The notes beneath the pieces were generated by a model. That model did not search any database. It had not been told where the DNA came from and saw nothing but the letters and a program-made list of their open reading frames with translations. From NCBI GenBank assembly GCA_964291285.2, contig OZ219787.1:1824001-1888000 (forward strand): a stretch of DNA of 64,000 nucleotides. The letters run 5' to 3'. Source of the DNA: Alphaproteobacteria bacterium (GTDB taxonomy: Bacteria; Pseudomonadota; Alphaproteobacteria; Bin95). The translations under genes and the position numbers were made by a program. Below are positions 53,905 through 61,970 of this stretch, piece after piece (position 1 is the stretch's first letter; each line of letters begins with the position of its first letter).

Positions 53905-55811
53905 CCCAACTTCAACAGTGACGATTAAAAGTATTCGATAGAACAGGGAGTTACACCGGCATCGCCGGGTGTACCCACTACATTTCGTTGATTTTGGGGA
54001 CGGTCAGGCTTTGTGTTCGCGCCAGTTCGGCGGCAGCGCGATGCCGACGGCCTGGAAGACCTTTCCGACCTGGCCCTCGACATGGGTGCGGGTGGTGATG
54101 CGCTTGCCGTCCTTCTCGATGGTGGCCTCTTGCAGGCGGTCGAGATCGCGGATCAGGTCGTCCCATTCGACGTTGACGTTGGCGGCGGCGCAGCGGTCGG
54201 CCAGTTCCTTCTGGAGGACGAGCGCGAGGAAGGAGCAGAAGACGTGGCCGCGGATCGCGGCGTCGCAGGAGTGGTAGATCGGGCGGGTGCGCAACTGGGC
54301 CTTCGCCCGGCGGAACAGGTCTTCCACCGTGAGCAGCTCCCGGTAGCGGAGCACGGCATTGAGCGGCGTCATGCCGGCGTTGGTGCGCAGCACGAAGATG
54401 CCGTCGAAGCCGGCCTCCTCGGCGAGCTTGCCGGCGTCGATCTCGAACGCCTTGCCCGCGCCCGTGCGGCGCAGATAACGCCGGTAGGCGCTGTTGCCGA
54501 TCAGCGCTTTCTCGCCGTCCGCAAGGCGGCGCTGGAGGCCGTCCACCACGGCCTGCCGGTCGGCGCGGTCCTTCTGTGCCTCCGCCTCGTTGCGGCACAC
54601 GATGTAGCGCGCGCCGCCCACCGTGACTTCCTTCACGAACAGCTGCGTCTCGCCGCGCGGACGCTTGAGGAGCAGCGGCACAAAGGGCTTCGTGTCCTTC
54701 AGCACCACCTCGCGGACCACCTTCGTGCGCCGCTCGCGCGCGCCCAGGATGTAGTCCAGCCCCCGCTCTTCCAGCGCCGCTATCGTCGCCGCCGAGATCA
54801 TCCCCCGGTCCGCCACCACGCACACACGACCGATCCCGAAGCGTGACCGAAGACGGTCCACGATCGGCAGCAGCACCCTGGTGTCGGCCGTGTTGCCCGG
54901 CAGCATCTCCGTGCACACAGGCCGGCCCTCGCCGTCCAGCACCACCGCCAGAACCATCTGGCGCAAGTCCGGGCGATGGTCCTTCGAGTAGCCGTGCGCG
55001 CCCAGCGTCTCGCCGCCCGCGCCGTGGAACGACAGCGTCGTGGTGTCCATGAACACCACAGACAGGTCGGTGAACAGGTCCCGCCTGTGCTCGAACAGAC
55101 GCTCCTCGATCCCGTCCTTCACGCAGCGCGGCGCAAGCGCGCCTTCCGCCGGCGCCTCCAGCTCCTCCCCGAGCCAGGCCATCGCCCGATACAGCTGATG
55201 AAGCCGCAACCCCTCGATCCCCTCGATCGCGTAGTCGGCCATCCACTTCTCGCAGGACCGGTCCGAACCCGACACGAACAGACGGTGCAGAACGCTCACA
55301 AACACCGCCCGCTCGACGGCGAACCCGAAGCCGCGACCGTCCAGAAGCTCCTTCACGACAGCGCCCACGCCCAGCCGATCCCACAGCCGACCGAACAGCA
55401 GCGGACCGCCGACCCGCACGCAGGCCAGCGCGCCCGCCTCCATGTCCTCCAGCACCACGGACCGCTCCGAATGGCGCGCCAGGGACGCGATCAGACGGTC
55501 CAGCTCCCCGCTCGCCTGCAACACGTCCTTGCGGCCGAGCGCGCGGATCGTGCGCTGGCGCACCCGCTTGCCCTCGCGCACGCTCTCCACGAGGTAGAGA
55601 TAGCGGTGGCCCCGGGCGGTCGTTTCGCGCACGAACATGACCGCGTTGTATGTCTTCGATATCGACCAATCAAGAAAACAAGGCCAAATCAGCAAAAATG
55701 TTTCACTACATTTTTCTCAACCCGCGCCAATCATCACCTCACTATCCAATCATTTCAACAACTTGGCGAAACCGCGCCCGGCAAAAATCGACACCGACTG
55801 TTCAAGTTGGG
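53905..55811 (-). mobile_element. IS1634-family element
   Basis: TIR CCCAACTTCAACAGT / CCCAACTTGAACAGT; 5-bp TSD TCAAG. Confidence 0.9.
54004..55638 (-). CDS. IS1634-family transposase
   Basis: YLYLVESVREGKRVRQR, FMDTTT, GYSKDHRPD, VADRGMIS, LRTRPIYH, IRGHVFCSFLAL. Confidence 0.9.
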   Translation of the reverse strand: MFVRETTARGHRYLYLVESVREGKRVRQRTIRALGRKDVLQASGELDRLIASLARHSERSVVLEDMEAGALACVRVGGPLLFGRLWDRLGVGAVVKELLDGRGFGFAVERAVFVSVLHRLFVSGSDRSCEKWMADYAIEGIEGLRLHQLYRAMAWLGEELEAPAEGALAPRCVKDGIEERLFEHRRDLFTDLSVVFMDTTTLSFHGAGGETLGAHGYSKDHRPDLRQMVLAVVLDGEGRPVCTEMLPGNTADTRVLLPIVDRLRSRFGIGRVCVVADRGMISAATIAALEERGLDYILGARERRTKVVREVVLKDTKPFVPLLLKRPRGETQLFVKEVTVGGARYIVCRNEAEAQKDRADRQAVVDGLQRRLADGEKALIGNSAYRRYLRRTGAGKAFEIDAGKLAEEAGFDGIFVLRTNAGMTPLNAVLRYRELLTVEDLFRRAKAQLRTRPIYHSCDAAIRGHVFCSFLALVLQKELADRCAAANVNVEWDDLIRDLDRLQEATIEKDGKRITTRTHVEGQVGKVFQAVGIALPPNWREHKA

Positions 55812-56319
55812 TCAAGCAATGCCGGGTTGCGGCCCAGCTCACGCAGCAGCGACTGCATCGAGGCATGCTGGAACACGATCCCCGCGATCAGAGCCCGCCA
55901 CATCGCCCGCACCGGGTAGTCGTTGCGACCCCGGCCTCGACCCGCCTCAAGCGCAGCCACAACCTTCTCGTCGGGAAGCGTGTCGAGCACCACACGCAGA
56001 CGCTCAAGGTCCGCAAGGCCCTCCACAGACCACCACGAAAAGGCTAACTTCTCCGCTGTCGCCATCACGTTCTCCCAACCAGCGCCGGTGGATGGAACAA
56101 GGGCCGCAGGCCCGATGGCGACACCTTCTACTCAGTCCCGCGCCTCAACGCGACGCGCCCGAAAACCAGCCCGCGCACGGCCATGGGGTGGAAATCCACA
56201 AAACCTTTCCCTTCAAACCGCAAAAACCCCGGAAATCAGCCATCCTGACGGGGTAAGAAAAATCCAGACCCTCCGCAATGCCTTGCTCAGAAAGCACTTC
56301 CAAACAGCGCACACGCCTC

Positions 56320-56630
56320 AGGAGAGGGTCGTGCGGCCGGATGACCTGCTGATGATGAAGCCGGACGAACAGTATGTGGTCGCGGCGTCGAAGGAGTTTC
56401 CGCGGGACGCGATGCGGTTGCGGAATACGCAGTACTGGAAGCACCGCCAGACCGGGGACTTCGCCGACCCGAACCCGTATGTGGAGCGGAAGCTCAAGGC
56501 GGCCGGGCTGTTGAACCGGCGAGAGAGGATGTCGGCGGAGGAGCGCTTCGAGCGGGATTTCGCGAAGGCGAGGGAAGAGGTGCGGGCGCGGCTGGGACCG
56601 GCCGCCTGGAGGCGGCCGGCGCCAGCGTGA
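56320..56630 (+). pseudogene. C-terminal tail of a VirD4/TraG-like coupling protein
   Basis: RVVRPDDLLMMKPDEQYVV...YWK...ADPNPY resembles type IV coupling protein C-termini; 5' part lost at the IS end. Confidence 0.5.
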
Positions 56631-56650
56631 GGCGTAAACCGAGAATGGCT

Positions 56651-57923
56651 GCCGTGGGAATCCACGACCGTTTCCATGGAGCGCCGTGTGGCGCGAGCGA
56701 GTGTTTCCATGGACCCGCGGTTCGCGCCGTGGAACGCAGGACCGGTCCACGTGACGCCGTGGAAATCCACGGCCGTTTCCATGGATCGTCGTGTGGCGCG
56801 GGCGATCGTTTCCATGGACCCGCGGTTCGCGCCGTGGAACGCAGGACCGGTCCACGTGACGCCGTGGAAATCCACGGCCGTTTCCATGGATCGTCGTGTG
56901 GCGCGGGCGATCGTTTCCACGGGCGCATGGTCCGCGACATGGAACGCAGGACCGGTCCACGTGACGCCCTGGGAATCCACGGCCGTTTCCATGGATCGCG
57001 GTGTGGCGCGAGCGAGCGTTTCCATGGATCCGCGGTTCGCGCCGTGGAACGCAGGACCGGTCCACGTGACGCCGTGGAAATCCACGGCCGTTTCCATGGA
57101 TCGTCGTGTGGCGCGAGCGAGCGTTTCCATGGATCCGCGGTTCGCGCCGTGGAACGCAGGACCGGTCCACGTGACGCCCTGGGAATCCACGGGCGTTTCC
57201 ATGGATCGTCGTGTGGCGCGAGCGAACGTTTCCATGGATCCGCGGTTCGCGCCGTGGAACGCAGGACCGGTCCACGTGACGCCCTGGGAATCCACGGCCG
57301 TTTCCATGGATCGCGGTGTGGCGCGAGCGAGCGTTTCCATGGATCCGCGGTTCGCGCCGTGGAACGCAGGACCGGTCCACGTGACGCCGTGGAAATCCAC
57401 GGGCGTTTCCATGGATCGTCGTGTGGCGCGAGCGAGCGTTTCCATGGATCCGCGGTTCGCGCCGTGGAACGCAGGACCGGTCCACGTGACGCCCTGGGAA
57501 TCCACGGGCGTTTCCATGGATCGTCGTGTGGCGCGAGCGAACGTTTCCATGGATCCGCGGTTCGCGCCGTGGAACGCAGGACCGGTCCACGTGACGCCCT
57601 GGGAATCCACGGGCGTTTCCATGGATCGCGGTGTGGCGCGAGCGAGCGTTTCCATGGATCCGCGGTTCGCGCCGTGGAACGCAGGACCGGTCCACGTGAC
57701 GCCGTGGAAATCCACGGGCGTTTCCATGGATCGTCGTGTGGCGCGAGCGATCGTTTCCATGGATCCGCGGTTCGCGCCGTGGAACGCAGGACCGGCCCAC
57801 GTGACGCCGTGGGAATCCACGGCCGTTTCCATGGATCGTCGTGTGGCGCGGGCGAACGTTTCCATGGATCCGCGGTTCGCACCGTGGAACGCAGGACCGG
57901 TCCACGTGACGCCGTGGGAATCC
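56651..57923. repeat. Tandem array of about 12 x 105-bp palindrome-rich units
   Basis: ACCGG(T/C)CCAC recurs at 56741, 56846, 56951 ... 57896 with exact 105-bp period; only point variants between units. Confidence 0.98.
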
Positions 57924-57997
57924 GGAGATGGCTGGAAGGACCGGGTGGACATGAGTCCCTTGGGTGCCGGCGATGGTGGCGGAGCGGAGGAAGTGAG

Positions 57998-59419
57998 ATG
58001 AAGGCGTCCAACAAATTCCTGTTCGACATGAGGTCGGTCGAGGCGATCGAGCCCGGGGAAAAGGAGAGGATCGCCTGGGACGAGGAGGTGGAAGGATTCG
58101 GGCTTCGCGTTCTGCCTTCAGGGACCCGGTCGTGGATCGCGAGCCGCAGGGTGAGGGGCGAGGACGGGAAGGTCCGGCGTCGGCGGGTGACGATCGGCCG
58201 GTTTGAGGATGTGGGGCTCGAGGAGGCGAGGAAGGAGGCGAGGAGAGTGTTGTCCGGTTCAGAGGAGGCGGCTGGTGCGGTGCAGGAGGAAGACGTTGGG
58301 GCGCCGGCGGAAGGAGCGACTGCGGGAATGCCGCAGGACATGAAGGATGCGGGGGAAGGCGCGGTGTGGGTGAATCCCGATGACGACGTGGAGCCGCGGG
58401 AGGCGGAGCATTTCCATCCGGAGACGGGCGAGATCCTGTCAGGATTTGGAGGGGAGGACGACGGCGGTTGGGTAGACGAAGGGCTCGATCTCGATGACTT
58501 GAGCCGGTCGGCGGCCGCAGGGGAGAGAGTTGCGGCTCGTGAAGAGGAGGCAGGACCGGACAGGGTAGCCATGGCGGACGTGCTGGGTGGGGTTCTGCAA
58601 GGGGTTGATGGCGACGGCCGTGAAAGGAGGGAGGGCGGTACCGGGCGAGGCGAAGGACCGGAACTCGGTGCGGACGAGAGCGAGCATGAAGGGATCGTAT
58701 CGGAAGCTGCCGATGTCACGGATGGGGATTCTTCGAAGTCGCCGGTAGGGGACGACGGGTCTGTCCGGTCCGGGCCAGGCGTTGGTGCGGAGATGGTTCG
58801 GAAGGTGGGAGGAGCCGTGGCGACGGTTGCGGGTCAGGCAGCGAGGTTGGGAAGAAAGGCGAGGACGGACCGTGGAAACGGCAGCGAGCCGGAGGATGAG
58901 GCGGCAAGCCGGCCTGCCGAAGTGGCGGACGTGCATGACGCCGGCATCGAGGAGGTGCCGCCGCCGGCGCGTCTTGTGAAGCGGCAGCGGCGCGGCGAGG
59001 GAACGGAGGGGGGAAATCGGGAGGGGATGGAAGTCAGTGACGAGACGGCAGCGGGGGTGGCGCGGAATCTTGACGAAGCGGGGGGCCTGCTGGACCGGAT
59101 CGCGGAGACCGGCGAGAAGCTGATGCCGCTGTTGGAGGACGTGTCGAGCTCGCTGACCCTGTTTTCGAAGGATGTCCGGAACTGGCGTCGTCGCTGGGTA
59201 GGGCCTGTGGTCGTGTTGGTGGTCCTGGCGCCGGTGCTGGTTGGGGCGGGACTGTTGATCCAGAGCCGGTTCCCGCTGCTGCCCAGGGCGGACCCGACAG
59301 GCGGGTGGAAGGACCATGTCTGGGAGCAGTACGGGCCCGCCCTCGTGGAATGCTACCGGCGCGCGCAGGCGACCGAAGCGGGGCGCACGGACTGCGCGGT
59401 GGAGGTGCGGGCCAGGTAA
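57998..59419 (+). CDS. Integrase arm-type DNA-binding domain (DUF4102-like) protein with acidic linker and C-terminal TM helix
   Basis: WDEEVEGFGLRVLPSGTRSW...RRVTIGRF...LEEARKEARR; no tyrosine-recombinase catalytic domain; TM WVGPVVVLVVLAPVLVGAGLLI; GGAGG RBS. Confidence 0.75.
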   Translation: MKASNKFLFDMRSVEAIEPGEKERIAWDEEVEGFGLRVLPSGTRSWIASRRVRGEDGKVRRRRVTIGRFEDVGLEEARKEARRVLSGSEEAAGAVQEEDVGAPAEGATAGMPQDMKDAGEGAVWVNPDDDVEPREAEHFHPETGEILSGFGGEDDGGWVDEGLDLDDLSRSAAAGERVAAREEEAGPDRVAMADVLGGVLQGVDGDGRERREGGTGRGEGPELGADESEHEGIVSEAADVTDGDSSKSPVGDDGSVRSGPGVGAEMVRKVGGAVATVAGQAARLGRKARTDRGNGSEPEDEAASRPAEVADVHDAGIEEVPPPARLVKRQRRGEGTEGGNREGMEVSDETAAGVARNLDEAGGLLDRIAETGEKLMPLLEDVSSSLTLFSKDVRNWRRRWVGPVVVLVVLAPVLVGAGLLIQSRFPLLPRADPTGGWKDHVWEQYGPALVECYRRAQATEAGRTDCAVEVRAR

Positions 59420-59438
59420 GGCCCGCGGAGGTTGGCGC

Positions 59439-60464
59439 ATGTACAGCGACGCCGAGATCGATGCGGCAGTCCGGGACGGCGCGCTCGCGCCGGAGGCCGC
59501 ACTTGCGTTCCGTGCGCATGTGGCCCGGGCGCGCGCGGGGCCGGTCGGCGGCGAGGAGCACGTCCGCCTCGTGACCGGCTTCAACGACATCTTCACGGGG
59601 ACCGCCGCGGCGCTGGCGCTGGCCGGCCTGGCCTGGCTCGCCGGCAGCCTGCATGCCGCCCTCGGCGGCGCGGCGGTGGCGCTCGCCTCATGGGCGCTGG
59701 CGGAGTATTTCACCCGCCGCCGGCGCATGGCGTTCCCCTCCCTGCTGCTGCTGGCGGGGTTCGCCGGCGGCGTCTTCCAGGCCGCGTTCGAGGCCGCCGG
59801 CGCGGCCGGGCTCGATGCCGCGGACCCGGCCGCCGCCCTGGCGGGCGCCTGCGCGGCGCTGGCGGCCGGCCTGCACTGGCGGCGCTTCCGGGTGCCGGCG
59901 ACGGTGGCGGCCGGCGCGGGCGCGCTGGTCGCGGTTGCACTGGCCCTGACCGCCGCGGCCGTCCCGGAGGCCCATGCGGAGGCGGCGGTGCTCGCGGCCA
60001 TGTTCCTCGCCGGCGCCGGGGTGTTCGCCCTTGCCATGCGCCGGGACCTCTCCGACCGCGAGCGCGCCACCCGCAGGGCCGATACCGCGTTCTGGCTCCA
60101 CCTGCTGGCCGCGCCGCTCATCGTCCACCCGGCGTTCTCGCTCCTCGGCGAGGGCGGCGGCGCGCCCGGGCCGACCGCCGCGGTCGCCCTGCTCTACGCG
60201 CTGCTGGCCGTCATCGCGCTGGCGGTGGACCGGCGCTCGCTGCTGTTCGCGGCGCTCGCCTACCTGCTGACCGCGATCTACGACCTCACCCGGGGGGTGG
60301 AGTCCGTCGGGTCCCGCCTCGCGCTCGCCATCCTGGTCGCGGGCGCCGCGCTGCTGCTGCTCTCCGCCTTCTGGCGCCGCGCCCGCAGCGCCGTGCTGCG
60401 CGCCCTGCCGGCCTCATGGCAGGCCGCGTTGCCCGCATCGGCCCCGCCAGCACCGGCGCCGTGA
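59439..60464 (+). CDS. Conserved hypothetical polytopic membrane protein
   Basis: MYSDAEIDAAV..GAL, EEHVRLVTGFNDIF, AFWLHLLAAPLIVHP, ALAVDRR; many TM segments; strong GC3 bias. Confidence 0.75.
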   Translation: MYSDAEIDAAVRDGALAPEAALAFRAHVARARAGPVGGEEHVRLVTGFNDIFTGTAAALALAGLAWLAGSLHAALGGAAVALASWALAEYFTRRRRMAFPSLLLLAGFAGGVFQAAFEAAGAAGLDAADPAAALAGACAALAAGLHWRRFRVPATVAAGAGALVAVALALTAAAVPEAHAEAAVLAAMFLAGAGVFALAMRRDLSDRERATRRADTAFWLHLLAAPLIVHPAFSLLGEGGGAPGPTAAVALLYALLAVIALAVDRRSLLFAALAYLLTAIYDLTRGVESVGSRLALAILVAGAALLLLSAFWRRARSAVLRALPASWQAALPASAPPAPAP

Positions 60465-60537
60465 CACGCCCGGACGGCCAGGAACCCGGAGCGGAAGGAA
60501 AGCCCCCGGGGCGCGAACCGGCCCGGAAGGAGAGACG

Positions 60538-60723
60538 ATGACCGGAAAACCGACAATGACAGCGACAGACTCCCGGCGCGCCGCCTGCGCCTTCGAGACG
60601 CTGAACGACATCGCCAGGCACTCAGGCGACAAGGGCCTGCTGATCGACATGGAACGCTTCGCGCTTGAGCTGTGCGAGACGCTGAAAACCTCGCTGCGGC
60701 TCATGCCTGGCAACGACTGCTGA
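60538..60723 (+). CDS. Small hypothetical protein
   Basis: 61 aa; AAGGAG RBS; coding-like codon use. Confidence 0.4.
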   Translation: MTGKPTMTATDSRRAACAFETLNDIARHSGDKGLLIDMERFALELCETLKTSLRLMPGNDC

Positions 60724-60783
60724 AACCGGAAGGGACCGGGCGGCTGACGCCGACCGCGCCAGGAGGAACGCCTGAAATGTGGA

Positions 60784-61437
60784 TCAGGACCGACAGGCGT
60801 CAGCGGAAGGTTTGTACGCAGGATTACTCCAGGCCCTTCCGGACCGGTTTCGTTTGACGATGTCGGCGACGGTATTTTTGGAGATCTGGAGGTCTCTGGC
60901 TATCCACCGGTAGCTCCGCCCGTCTTCGACGGCCTTGAGGACGGCGGGGGCGAGGCGGTCGGACTTGGGTCTCTGGCCGGGCTGGCGCCCGAGCTTTTTT
61001 CCACGGGCTCTGGCGGCGGCGAGTCCGGACTTGACGCGTTCGGAGATCAGGTCGCGTTCGAACTGGGCGATTCCGGCCAGCAGCGTGGCCATCATGCGCC
61101 CGTGGGGCGTATCGAGTTCGAAGGTCATGCCGTTCATGGCGACGAGGGAGACGTTCCATCCGGCGAGGCGGTGCAGGGTTTCGAGGAGGTCCTGCGTCGA
61201 GCGGCCCCATCGGGAGAGTTCGGTGACGAGCACGGCGTCGATCGAGCGGGCCTGGGCGAGGGCGATCACGCGGTTTCGCTCGCGCCGTGCGTTTCGGGTT
61301 CCGGAGGCGGTCTCGAGGAAGGTTCCGGCGACGTCGAACCCGGCGCGTCCCGCGAACGCCTCCAGGTCGCGGACCTGCCGTTCGCAGGACTGGTCGGCGG
61401 TCGAGACCCGTGCGTAGATGGCGGCGTTGCGTCCCAT
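60784..61437 (-). CDS. Serine recombinase (resolvase/invertase)
   Basis: YARVSTADQ, VTELSRWGRS, AQFERDLISERVKSGLAAARARG..LGR, C-terminal HTH. Confidence 0.95.
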   Translation of the reverse strand: MGRNAAIYARVSTADQSCERQVRDLEAFAGRAGFDVAGTFLETASGTRNARRERNRVIALAQARSIDAVLVTELSRWGRSTQDLLETLHRLAGWNVSLVAMNGMTFELDTPHGRMMATLLAGIAQFERDLISERVKSGLAAARARGKKLGRQPGQRPKSDRLAPAVLKAVEDGRSYRWIARDLQISKNTVADIVKRNRSGRAWSNPAYKPSADACRS

Positions 61438-61486
61438 TTGAACCTACCCGGCCGGAGCATGGATAAACCGTTGATTCCACGGGGGC

Positions 61487-61520
61487 GTGTATTGTGCAGA
61501 ATATACACCTGTTCAACAGG
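61487..61520. promoter_or_regulatory. Putative res/operator site upstream of the resolvase
   Basis: Adjacent inverted repeats GTGTAT-N10-ATACAC and CCTGTT-C-AACAGG, 50-85 bp before the ATG. Confidence 0.35.
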
Positions 61521-61631
61521 GACACGTCAGGATGCCGCGCCGCCTCTCTCGCCCTCGTCCCGTGAGAGCGTTCCCGGAATCCCGTCCGACACGGCCTCCC
61601 TGGAGCGCTGCTACAGCCTTCCGGACGACGA

Positions 61632-61970
61632 TCAGGACGGGCAAGAGTTCGGGTTCGGGCCGAAGTGGAACCCCCGGACGCGCGGGAAGGCGTCCGCGTA
61701 ATCCCAGGTCTCGTCTTCCGTGCCCAGACAGGCGACCAGGATGGACGAGCCGTCCTTCCAGGTGACGGTGAGGCTGTTCGGGTTCGAGGAGCCGGTGTAG
61801 TCGACGACGCGGCTGGCCGGGGCCAGGGCGATACGGTGTTCGTCCTCGTCGACCATCCAGCGCTTTTCGACGTCTTCCCAGAATGAGTCCTCGGCACCGT
61901 AGCGTGCGACGAAGCGGTCGGCGGCAGGGGCGTTTGCGGTAACGGCAGGTGGCGGGTCGCCGGCGCTCAT
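61632..61970 (-). CDS. Hypothetical protein
   Basis: 112 aa; ATG overlaps the upstream stop (ATGA); coding-like codon use. Confidence 0.55.
   Translation of the reverse strand: MSAGDPPPAVTANAPAADRFVARYGAEDSFWEDVEKRWMVDEDEHRIALAPASRVVDYTGSSNPNSLTVTWKDGSSILVACLGTEDETWDYADAFPRVRGFHFGPNPNSCPS

Larger units (their letters stand above)
52469..56319 (-). mobile_element. 1939-bp IS copy 4, transposase split by IS1634
   Basis: Same TIRs; 3851 bp minus the 1907-bp insert and 5-bp TSD equals 1939; the two flanks are unrelated. Confidence 0.9.

Noticed and set aside
56651-57923. CRISPR array
   Set aside because: Units are near-identical over their whole length with no unique spacers, and no cas genes are visible.
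56145-59419. Long repeat-protein ORFs across the array (930, 741, 586, 544 and 441 aa)
   Set aside because: Five of six frames are open simply because a 105-bp unit lacks stops; the credible start with an RBS is at 57998. Translation is not strictly excluded.
57998-59419. Functional tyrosine integrase
   Set aside because: No core-binding or catalytic R-H-R-Y domain follows the arm domain.
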